DNA of 32,000 nt from Pseudoalteromonas translucida KMM 520 (lineage in GTDB: Bacteria; Pseudomonadota; Gammaproteobacteria; Enterobacterales; Alteromonadaceae): positions 990,001 to 1,022,000 of the forward strand of contig NZ_CP011034.1 in NCBI RefSeq assembly GCF_001465295.1, written 5' to 3'. The translations under genes and the position numbers were made by a program. Within the stretch, counting starts at the first letter, position 1. Each line of letters starts with the position of its first letter. Positions 8,967 through 17,029 of the stretch are shown in pieces. The notes beneath the pieces were generated by a model, which was not told the DNA's origin, ran no database searches, and saw nothing but the letters and a program-made list of their open reading frames with translations.

Positions 8967-11900
8967 ATGAAATTTAAATTAAACATAGTGTTAGCCTCAT
9001 TGATGGGATTGGCCAGTAGTATGTCGGCTATTGCTGAAGATATAGAGCTTTATGTAAATTATGATGTAGAAACTAATGAAAAACCAAGGGTGCTATTTAT
9101 CTTTGATACTTCAGGTAGTATGGATTGGAGTGTTATTAATGGCGATAATCAGAGTTGTTATATCAAACAGCAAAATAAAAATAATAAATATGACCGTATC
9201 ACTTGTTTTGAAAGTAAAAGCAGTTACTCAGATAGTGAACAGTGCTATATCGAAAAGAATAATAAATATGTGGCTGAATGTCATGATAGGCGGATTGATG
9301 TTGCTCGTAATGCAATTACTCAACTTGTAAATGATAACGTCGATATAGACTTTGGTTTAATGCGTCTTCGTAGCAGCGATGGAGGCTATGTACTAGCAAG
9401 AATAGCTGCTGAGCGAAAGTTTTTATTAGACAAAATTGATAATTTGCCAGCCAGCGGATCTACTCCGCTAAGTGAAACTTTGTGGGAAGCCTATCTTTAC
9501 ATTACAGGTCAAGATATTGATTATGCAGAAGATGTAAGTAACAGAGATTTGAATGCTGAAACCTCATCAAGCTCTGAAGTCTATAAATCTCCTTTTATGC
9601 CAATTTCAGGGGAGCCTTTACGTTGCGATAATAGCGTAAATATTATTTTGATGAGTGACGGCGATCCAACCAATGACTCCGAGAGCAATGAAGATATCGA
9701 AGATCTGTATGAAGATACCTTTAATTCAGAGAATCCGCCGGTATTTTATAGCAACTATTTAGCAGCATTAGCCAAAGTGATCCATGGAACTAAAGACGTA
9801 GAGGTTGACTTATACCCTGCCACTACCGAAGTACACGATAAAGGACGGGTGTATACCATAGGCTTTGGTACCGGAATGAGTGATAAAGGTAAAACGATTC
9901 TTGGCAAAACGGCAGAATATGGTGGCGGGCAATACTTACATGCAAATACCTCAGCACAATTGTCGGATGCGTTAAAAAATACTATTTCGCAAATACGCGA
10001 AGTGAACGACAGTTTTTCGTCACCGTCGGTGGCGAGTAATAACGTGGATCAAACCCGAAGTCGTGATGCGATTTACTTTGCGATGTTTTATCCCGAAACC
10101 GGCGCGCGTTGGAGTGGTAACTTAAAAAAATTAAAAGTAAGCGGTAGCCAAGTGGTTGACTCAACCGGTAGTGCCGCGCTCGATGAAAATGGTTTAATTA
10201 GTAAAGACGCGAAAACATTTTGGTTACCTAGTGGCCAACCTGCCGATGGTAACGCGGTGGCACAAGGGGGCGTTAATTTACACTTAGCGACCCGCGATCC
10301 AGAAAGTCGTAAGCTCTATACAAATAAACTGTTAGGCGGCATTGTTGAATTTGATACCTCGATTGTTAGCGATTTAGGCGATTTATTTGGTGGTGATGCA
10401 ACGCTTTCTAGCTCTGATATCAAATGGGCCAGGGGCATTGATGTCGATGATGAAGATAACGATGGCGCTACAGTCGATCAGCGCCATGATATTTTTGGTG
10501 ACCCGCTGCACTCTAAACCGGTAGCGATTGATTATGGTAATGATGATATACGTATTTTGATAGGCACTAACGCTGGCTTTTTACATATGTTTAAAGACAG
10601 TGATAACACGGTGAGTGAAAGTTGGGCATTTATTCCTGCCGCATTATACAACAATATAAAACCGTTACGAGAAAACCGCGCTGAAACTAAAGTTTATGGC
10701 ATGGATGGAGCAATCAGTGTTTATTTTAGTAATAAAAGTTTAAACGGTGAAGGATTAAATGACGGCATTATAGATGCAAGTAAAGGCGATGAAGTATGGG
10801 CGTTTGCGGGAATGCGCCGTGGTGGTAACAACTACTATGCACTAGATATTACAGCACCAAATGCCCCAAAAAAACTCTGGGATAAACCAATAGAAGGCGG
10901 GAAAGGCGACTTTACTGAACTTGCTCAAAGTTGGTCTAAACCACAAATTGCCTACATAAAAGCGTTTGGCGATAAGCCACTGCTTGTATTTGGTGCTGGT
11001 TACGATACAAATAAAGATGCTGCTATTCGTAGTGAGGATAAGATTGGTCGCGGTATTTATATTGTTGAAGCTAAAACAGGTAAAAAAGTCTGGGCATTAA
11101 CACCCAGTGAAAATGGCTTTACAGGCAAGCACAGTATTGCAGCCGATTTAACCACACTCGACTCTGATTATGATGGCTATATAGATAGGATTTATGCCTC
11201 GGATACTGGTGGTAATATTTGGCGGATTGATATGCCGGGTAGTGATACTAGTGAGTTCAGCCATTTTAAATTAGCTGAGCTAGGTAGTACAAGTGCCACT
11301 CAAGATAGACGCTTTTTTTACAAGCCATTAGTTGCACGTACTATGTTTAGTAAAGTGACGCAAACCACTAAAGATGGCAAAACAATCACTACGCGTTTAG
11401 ATACACCTTACGATGCCATAGTGATAGGCAGTGGCAATCGCTCTAAGCCAACTGATACTAACGAGCAAGATCAGTTATTTATGATTAGAGATGAAAATAC
11501 AGTGACTAAGTCATTTAAAACTGGGGCACCAGCAACAATCAAGGCATCTGATTTAATGCTGATGAATAGCGACCCATTTAGTAATTTATTAGACGATGTG
11601 GATGGGTTTATTGAGCTAGAGGCTGATTTAGCTAAAGTTAAAGGTTGGCGGTATGAATTAGCGACCGGTGAAAAATCACTTGCCGCAGCTACAGTAGTGG
11701 GCGGAGTGGCTTATTTTACCTCGTTTACTCCGGCTTCTGATACAGCAACAGTAAATCAGTGTTCACTTAGTGGTGGTGGAGGCTCGCTTTATGCGTTTCA
11801 CTTACTTTATGGTACTAAGGTTTACGATAAGTTAAAGTTTGCTACTAGTTACGATGTACCCGATACGCCACAACTTTATTTTGGTGAAGGTAATTCTTGC

Positions 11901-12173
11901 GCTGATACGAATAATGACGGTAAATGTGATGGTAATACTGATATTGAAGTTAAGCTGGAAAGTCAGTTTTATTTAATTGGTCCGGGTATAAAAGGGAAAG
12001 ATGCTCAAAACCCAATGAGACCAGTGGATGTTATTGGGCCGGGGCTAAAGGTGGTAGACGGAAAGATACAATTAGTAAACAAGGAGTCTATCGGTTTTGG
12101 TTTTAAAACCCAGCAAACTTACATCTATAAGCGCGAAGAAAATGACGAAATTATACCTGATGAAGAAGACTAA
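8967..12173 (+). CDS. pilY1: Type IV pilus tip-associated adhesin/mechanosensor PilY1 (N-terminal vWA domain, C-terminal PilY1/PilC beta-propeller)
   Basis: 1068 aa with a Sec signal peptide (..SAIA|ED). The vWA MIDAS residues are present: DTSGS at 9105-9119, GSTPLSE, LMSDGDP. The C-terminal half has PilY1/PilC-type repeats and an EF-hand-like loop, DSDYDGYID. The gene follows pilX and precedes pilE. Confidence 0.9.
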   Translation: MKFKLNIVLASLMGLASSMSAIAEDIELYVNYDVETNEKPRVLFIFDTSGSMDWSVINGDNQSCYIKQQNKNNKYDRITCFESKSSYSDSEQCYIEKNNKYVAECHDRRIDVARNAITQLVNDNVDIDFGLMRLRSSDGGYVLARIAAERKFLLDKIDNLPASGSTPLSETLWEAYLYITGQDIDYAEDVSNRDLNAETSSSSEVYKSPFMPISGEPLRCDNSVNIILMSDGDPTNDSESNEDIEDLYEDTFNSENPPVFYSNYLAALAKVIHGTKDVEVDLYPATTEVHDKGRVYTIGFGTGMSDKGKTILGKTAEYGGGQYLHANTSAQLSDALKNTISQIREVNDSFSSPSVASNNVDQTRSRDAIYFAMFYPETGARWSGNLKKLKVSGSQVVDSTGSAALDENGLISKDAKTFWLPSGQPADGNAVAQGGVNLHLATRDPESRKLYTNKLLGGIVEFDTSIVSDLGDLFGGDATLSSSDIKWARGIDVDDEDNDGATVDQRHDIFGDPLHSKPVAIDYGNDDIRILIGTNAGFLHMFKDSDNTVSESWAFIPAALYNNIKPLRENRAETKVYGMDGAISVYFSNKSLNGEGLNDGIIDASKGDEVWAFAGMRRGGNNYYALDITAPNAPKKLWDKPIEGGKGDFTELAQSWSKPQIAYIKAFGDKPLLVFGAGYDTNKDAAIRSEDKIGRGIYIVEAKTGKKVWALTPSENGFTGKHSIAADLTTLDSDYDGYIDRIYASDTGGNIWRIDMPGSDTSEFSHFKLAELGSTSATQDRRFFYKPLVARTMFSKVTQTTKDGKTITTRLDTPYDAIVIGSGNRSKPTDTNEQDQLFMIRDENTVTKSFKTGAPATIKASDLMLMNSDPFSNLLDDVDGFIELEADLAKVKGWRYELATGEKSLAAATVVGGVAYFTSFTPASDTATVNQCSLSGGGGSLYAFHLLYGTKVYDKLKFATSYDVPDTPQLYFGEGNSCADTNNDGKCDGNTDIEVKLESQFYLIGPGIKGKDAQNPMRPVDVIGPGLKVVDGKIQLVNKESIGFGFKTQQTYIYKREENDEIIPDEED

Positions 12174-12183
12174 GGGACTTTAA

Positions 12184-12594
12184 ATGAATCAAAAACAATA
12201 TGGATTTACCTTAATTGAGCTGATGATAGCAGTTGCTATCGTCGGCATACTTGCAGCAATTGCACTGCCTAATTATACAGAATATGTAAAGCGTGCCTCA
12301 CGTGCAGAGGCAGTTGCTGCATTATTAGATGCAGCTAATAAAGAAGAGCAGTACTTTGTAGATAACAGAGAATATACAGAATTAGCGAGTGATTTAGGAA
12401 TTCAAAGTAAAACAGAGAATGGGCATTTTGAATTAACGATTAAAGTCGTTGATAAAAATACATTTACAATCACAGCAAAGCCTATTGCAGGTTCGGTGAA
12501 AGGGGACAAAAGTTGTAAAGAGATATGGATTACCGACACTGGGCTTAAAGGAAAAACTGGCAGTGGTGATGTAGATTACTGCTGGGGAAGGTAG
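12184..12594 (+). CDS. pilE: Type IV minor pilin PilE
   Basis: 136 aa. It has a prepilin motif (..QYG|[24 protein letters not shown]) and a C-terminal disulfide-loop Cys pair (C..22 aa..CWGR), like P. aeruginosa PilE (ends CWR). The SD is AAGGGA. Confidence 0.8.
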   Translation: MNQKQYGFTLIELMIAVAIVGILAAIALPNYTEYVKRASRAEAVAALLDAANKEEQYFVDNREYTELASDLGIQSKTENGHFELTIKVVDKNTFTITAKPIAGSVKGDKSCKEIWITDTGLKGKTGSGDVDYCWGR

Positions 12595-13131
12595 CTATTT
12601 CTTCTGACATTTATCAGTCGATTTAATACGTATTCTGCCAGTTTGACTTACAGATAAAGCCAATCCTTCCAGATTGGCTTTATCGCTATTAGGGCAATAT
12701 ATAAAAGTCCCATTTTGAAAACCGTTTAATGAGCCATCGGGCCTAAAAGTAAGTGCCTCTCGTGGGTACTCTAAGCTATCAAACTCATGGGTGTGTTCAA
12801 AGGTGCTTAGTATTAGCTCATCGTTATTAAGAGAAGTAGATTTATCGTTATCGATAAATAACGATATTTTCTCCCCCCAATCACCTTTTTGACATTCATT
12901 GTTTTTTAACGCGCATAAAGTAACGTATGTACCGTTTTCTATGGCGTAAAGGCGAGCATAGTTTATATTGCGATGTAATAAGTTAACCTGGTTGTCTGCA
13001 CGGTTTAGCGCCAGAAAGTCAGGAAAAAACCACATAGAAAACTGACTAATAATAGCCGCAATAGCAATTGTTACCATTACTTCAATTAGGGTTGTACCAC
13101 GGTTTTTTGTTGAATCTGCGATTAACTTCAT
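12595..13131 (-). CDS. fimT: GspH/FimT-family minor pilin, FimT-like (C-terminal GRIR motif)
   Basis: 178 aa. The prepilin-like N-terminus is ..KNRG|TTLIEVMVTIAIAAII, with Glu at +5 but Thr at +1. The GspH-like region is ..NQVNLLHRNINYARLYA... The C-terminus reads FIYCPNSD....LSVSQTGRIRIK..KC. The symbol rests on family and motif only. Confidence 0.6.
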   Translation of the reverse strand: MKLIADSTKNRGTTLIEVMVTIAIAAIISQFSMWFFPDFLALNRADNQVNLLHRNINYARLYAIENGTYVTLCALKNNECQKGDWGEKISLFIDNDKSTSLNNDELILSTFEHTHEFDSLEYPREALTFRPDGSLNGFQNGTFIYCPNSDKANLEGLALSVSQTGRIRIKSTDKCQKK

Positions 13132-13206
13132 CCCTGAAGTCCTAAATTAAGAAGTGATTATTTTAGTTTAGTAAACAATCAAAAAATAACAATGTAAGGT
13201 TTACCC

Positions 13207-13755
13207 TTAACTGCATTTTTGCGCTGTATCGCCAAGGTAAAAAGCAGTGCCAGATTGTGATACGGTTAGTGCCTTATTATTCTCGTTATCGCTATTAGGG
13301 CAATATATAAAATCCCCAGGGCTTGTGGTAATACGGCCACTGGTGTTAAAACGCAGACTTTTTTCATTACCCGTAAATTGAACTTTATCGTTACCCTTTA
13401 TTTTATTCATTGCGCGTAGAATAGTATCTGTTGAAGGGTTATAGGTTAAATTGTTATCCATATCGATAAATACGGTAATTACACGGTTTTCATCCCATTT
13501 TTTTGTGCAGCTAAACTCTTCGTTTCTTTTTACTTTACCGTATGGACCTGTACACAGTATAACTACCTCATCGGTGCTTGCCGCTTGCGAGCGCGCGTAA
13601 CTAATATTACGTTTTAGTTCTAATAAAAAGTTCTCGGCGCGGTTTTCCTCTAGCATGTCGCTACTGTTCCACAATGCAATGGTGGCAATAATACCTACAA
13701 TAGCCACAGTCACCATTAGCTCTAGTAAAGTGAATCCGTATTGTATTTTTTTCAT
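13207..13755 (-). CDS. fimU: GspH/FimU-family minor pilin (paralogue of the adjacent fimT-like gene)
   Basis: 182 aa with a canonical motif (..QYG|FTLLELMVTVAIVGIIATIAL). The GspH-like region is LELKRNISYARSQA. It shares the C-terminal FIYCPNSD...L(T/S)VSQ(S/T)G...KC pattern with the neighbour but lacks GRxR. The FimU versus FimT assignment is tentative. Confidence 0.55.
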   Translation of the reverse strand: MKKIQYGFTLLELMVTVAIVGIIATIALWNSSDMLEENRAENFLLELKRNISYARSQAASTDEVVILCTGPYGKVKRNEEFSCTKKWDENRVITVFIDMDNNLTYNPSTDTILRAMNKIKGNDKVQFTGNEKSLRFNTSGRITTSPGDFIYCPNSDNENNKALTVSQSGTAFYLGDTAQKCS

Positions 13756-13903
13756 ATTGATCCCGTAGATTACTTATTGTTTTAGTATAGCTATTTTTAT
13801 TAGCATAATCATAGCATGGCAGATTGTTTTATCACCGTAATACAGTCACTTTGTTTGCTATGAGCCTTGTGATTGTCTAAAATCGAGGCAACTGTAGCTT
13901 TAA

Positions 13904-14254
<351 letters not shown>

Positions 14255-14276
14255 GCTTTATTACAACAAGTACGCT

Positions 14277-14312
14277 AAAAAGGCGCTTACTCAAGTTAGT
14301 AAGCGCCTTTTT
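14277..14312. terminator. Bidirectional rho-independent terminator between convergent glnB and bamD
   Basis: A5 - GGCGCTTACT (14282-14291) - 6-nt loop - AGTAAGCGCC (14298-14307) - T5. The stem is a perfect 10 bp flanked by A and T runs, so it can serve both strands. Confidence 0.8.
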
Positions 14313-14314
14313 AA

Positions 14315-15079
14315 TTATTTATTTCTGCTGTTAAAAATTCGTGTTTGTTTAGCGTCCTCACTAAGCTCACTTAAGCCTAGCTTATCGTAGCTTTTTTCCA
14401 TCATTTCAAGTGCAGAGTTTAAGTAGCTGCTTTGCGAGTAATGTTCTACTACAAACTTACCGCGGTTAGCTGCTGCTAAGTAGGCTTCACGTTCATAATA
14501 GTAAGTGGCCACTTTTAGCTCATACCTTGCCATACGGTTTAACAACCACACTAAACGACGTTTTGCCTCTGGGGCGTAGTCACTTTGTGGGAAACGCTTA
14601 ACCAAGGTTGATAAATCGGTAAAGGCCACACGTGTACGGTTAGCATCGCGGTCAGCTCTATCAACACCAAAATATTCTTGGAATGCGTTTTTATCGGCTT
14701 TAATGTTAACTAATCCACGCATGTAATACATGTAGTCTAAATCTTTATGATTTGGGTTTAAGCGAATAAAGCGGTCGATTGTTGCTAGTGCTTGCTCGGT
14801 ATTACTCGATTGGTAATGCGCATACACTAAATCCATTTGTACTTGTTTAGAAAATGGGCCAAACGGGTAGCGAGAGTCAATTGCACTTAAAAGTTCGATT
14901 GCGCGTGCATATAAACCAGAATCTAAAGTTTGCTTAGCATCTTCATACAAAGCGTGAGCCGATTTATTAGGTACACGTTGAATATCTTCTTGGTCAGGAG
15001 CCGACGAACAAGCACCTAAACTAAGCACTGAAACTGAAAAAACAATGGCGAATGCACGTTTCCCTATTTTATTTATCAT
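14315..15079 (-). CDS. bamD: Outer membrane protein assembly factor BamD (YfiO)
   Basis: 254 aa lipoprotein with a lipobox (LSLGAC). It has TPR-like helical content. BamD-typical segments are present (A..LY..A.......G.Y..A...L..I..RYPFG.....Q.QLDL.YA.Y; YY..R.AY.AA.NR). It is divergent from rluD, as in E. coli. Confidence 0.9.
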   Translation of the reverse strand: MINKIGKRAFAIVFSVSVLSLGACSSAPDQEDIQRVPNKSAHALYEDAKQTLDSGLYARAIELLSAIDSRYPFGPFSKQVQMDLVYAHYQSSNTEQALATIDRFIRLNPNHKDLDYMYYMRGLVNIKADKNAFQEYFGVDRADRDANRTRVAFTDLSTLVKRFPQSDYAPEAKRRLVWLLNRMARYELKVATYYYEREAYLAAANRGKFVVEHYSQSSYLNSALEMMEKSYDKLGLSELSEDAKQTRIFNSRNK

Positions 15080-15220
15080 TTTATTTGTTACCTTCGTTGT
15101 CTACGGCTAGGCCAAGTCGGTAAAACCGAGTAAACTATGCGTATTATATTATGCTTTTATTAAAAGCGATTCTAACCCAGTCGAGCAAAGCTTGCACTGG
15201 TAAATTGGGTAAAATTACTA

Positions 15221-16198
15221 ATGTCAGAGCAAATTTCTCTTCAAGCCGACGTTCCAACCGATTTAGGTGGTAAACGTCTAGACCAAGTATTAGCACAATT
15301 GTTCCCTGATTATTCACGATCAAGGATAAAAACGTGGATTTTGGATGATAAAATCACCGTTGATGGCGAAATATTCAACACACCGCGCACTAAACTGCTT
15401 GGTGGTGAAGTACTTAATGTTGAAACAACCATTGAAGCACCTCGCGAATACATAGCGCAAGATATCAAATTAAACATTGTTTATGAAGACGATGATATTT
15501 TGGTAATTAATAAACCTATGGGGTTGGTAGTTCATCCTGGTGCAGGTAATCCAGATGGCACAGTGCTAAATGCATTGCTACATTACCACCCAGAAATTAT
15601 TAATGTACCTCGCGCGGGCATTGTGCACCGATTAGATAAAGACACTACTGGCCTTATGGTAGTAGCTAAAACTATTCCGGCACAAACGCATTTAGTAACC
15701 GCACTGCAAAAACGTGAAAATTTCACGCGTGAATACGAAGCGCTTTGCAATGGCACAATGACCGCTGGTGGTATGGTTGAAAAGCCTATTGGCCGCCATG
15801 CAACGCAACGTACGCATATGGATGTACATGAACAGGGTAAGCCAGCGATTACGCATTACCGTGTTGCTGAAAAGTTTCGTGCTCATACACGTTTACGTTT
15901 ACGCCTTGAAACCGGTCGTACTCACCAAATACGTGTGCATATGGCTTATTTAAATCACCCGCTTATTGGTGATCAGTCTTATGGCGGCCGTCCGCGTCCA
16001 CCTAAAGGAGCAACGCCAGAGTTGTTTGAGTTACTGCGTAGCTTTAAACGCCAAGCATTACATGCGGTTAAGTTAAGTATTGCGCACCCAATTACGGGTG
16101 AAATGATGACCTGGCAAGCACCTATTCCAGATGACATGGTTGCTATGACACTGGCACTGCGTGAAGACACAAAAGCTAATCCAGACATAGATAGATAA
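15221..16198 (+). CDS. rluD: 23S rRNA pseudouridine synthase RluD
   Basis: 325 aa with an N-terminal S4-like domain (GKRLDQVLAQLFPDYSRSRIK.WI). The RluA-family catalytic motif is HRLDKDTTG, followed by TGRTHQIRVH. Confidence 0.92.
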   Translation: MSEQISLQADVPTDLGGKRLDQVLAQLFPDYSRSRIKTWILDDKITVDGEIFNTPRTKLLGGEVLNVETTIEAPREYIAQDIKLNIVYEDDDILVINKPMGLVVHPGAGNPDGTVLNALLHYHPEIINVPRAGIVHRLDKDTTGLMVVAKTIPAQTHLVTALQKRENFTREYEALCNGTMTAGGMVEKPIGRHATQRTHMDVHEQGKPAITHYRVAEKFRAHTRLRLRLETGRTHQIRVHMAYLNHPLIGDQSYGGRPRPPKGATPELFELLRSFKRQALHAVKLSIAHPITGEMMTWQAPIPDDMVAMTLALREDTKANPDIDR

Positions 16199-16932
16199 TG
16201 CAGTTTTTATCAGCAGCATGGCAAGTCCCTATAACAGGTGTGAGTACATTAAGTACCACACGTGTAGGCGGTGTTTCAGAAGCGCCATTTAAGAGTTTAA
16301 ATTTAGGGCTGCATGTTGGTGATAATAAACAACAGGTATTAAAAAATCGTGCTTTGTTGGATAAGCATTTACCAAATAGTGCTGTATGGATAGATCAAGT
16401 TCATAGTAGCGATGTACTCATTATTGATGGGCAATTTAAATTTACCGCTCACCATCAAGGAGATGCACTATATACACAACTAGTTGCTCAGCCTTTGGCA
16501 ATAATGACCGCCGATTGCTTGCCTATTTTACTTGCCAGTAACGATGGCAAAGAAGTAGCTGCCATACATGCTGGTTGGCGTGGATTAGAGCAAGGTGTAA
16601 TTAAAAATACGCTAAACTGCTTTAATGCCAAAAAAAGTGAAATAAGTGCCTGGTTAGGTCCCGCAATAGGGCCTGATAAATTTGAGGTAGGTAGCGAGGT
16701 GTTTGCATTGTTTAACGCCCAAAACCCTTTGTTTGCCAAAGCGTTTAAAGCGTGTGCAAACCAAAAGTACCTTGCCGATATTTATCACCTTGCACGTATT
16801 CAATTGCGTCAATTAGGGATTATAAATATTACCGGTGGTGAGCACTGTACGGTTTCTCAAACTGAACAGTTTTTTTCGTACCGACGCGACGGCCAAACCG
16901 GACGTATGGCAAGCTTGATCTGGCGCAACTAA
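16198..16932 (+). CDS. pgeF: YfiH/PgeF family protein (DUF152, Cu-oxidase_4; peptidoglycan editing factor / purine nucleoside phosphorylase-like)
   Basis: 244 aa with conserved His-Cys-His ligands (QVHS, TADCLPIL, AIHAGWRG). Its start overlaps the rluD stop as TAATG. The rluD-yfiH-clpB order matches E. coli. Confidence 0.88.
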   Translation: MQFLSAAWQVPITGVSTLSTTRVGGVSEAPFKSLNLGLHVGDNKQQVLKNRALLDKHLPNSAVWIDQVHSSDVLIIDGQFKFTAHHQGDALYTQLVAQPLAIMTADCLPILLASNDGKEVAAIHAGWRGLEQGVIKNTLNCFNAKKSEISAWLGPAIGPDKFEVGSEVFALFNAQNPLFAKAFKACANQKYLADIYHLARIQLRQLGIINITGGEHCTVSQTEQFFSYRRDGQTGRMASLIWRN

Positions 16933-16966
16933 TTTATCAATATAATGATTATATTTTCTGCAACAC

Positions 16967-16996
16967 CTTGAACAACCCCCCTAACATACCCATTAT
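16967..16996 (+). promoter_or_regulatory. Putative sigma-32 (heat-shock) promoter of clpB
   Basis: CTTGAA (16967-16972) - 15 nt - ACCCATTAT (16988-16996), compared with the sigma-32 consensus CTTGAA-N13-17-CCCCATnT. It lies about 35 nt upstream of the clpB ATG. Confidence 0.5.
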
Positions 16997-17029
16997 TTAA
17001 GCAATGAGTTTTATTAATAGGTAACCCCA

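Noticed and set aside
9076-9330. Plus-strand 84-aa ORF in an alternative frame inside pilY1
   Set aside because: It lies in the very A/T-rich Asn/Lys-coding insert of pilY1, where stop codons are depleted by composition in another frame. The pilY1 frame is continuous and motif-supported through this region.
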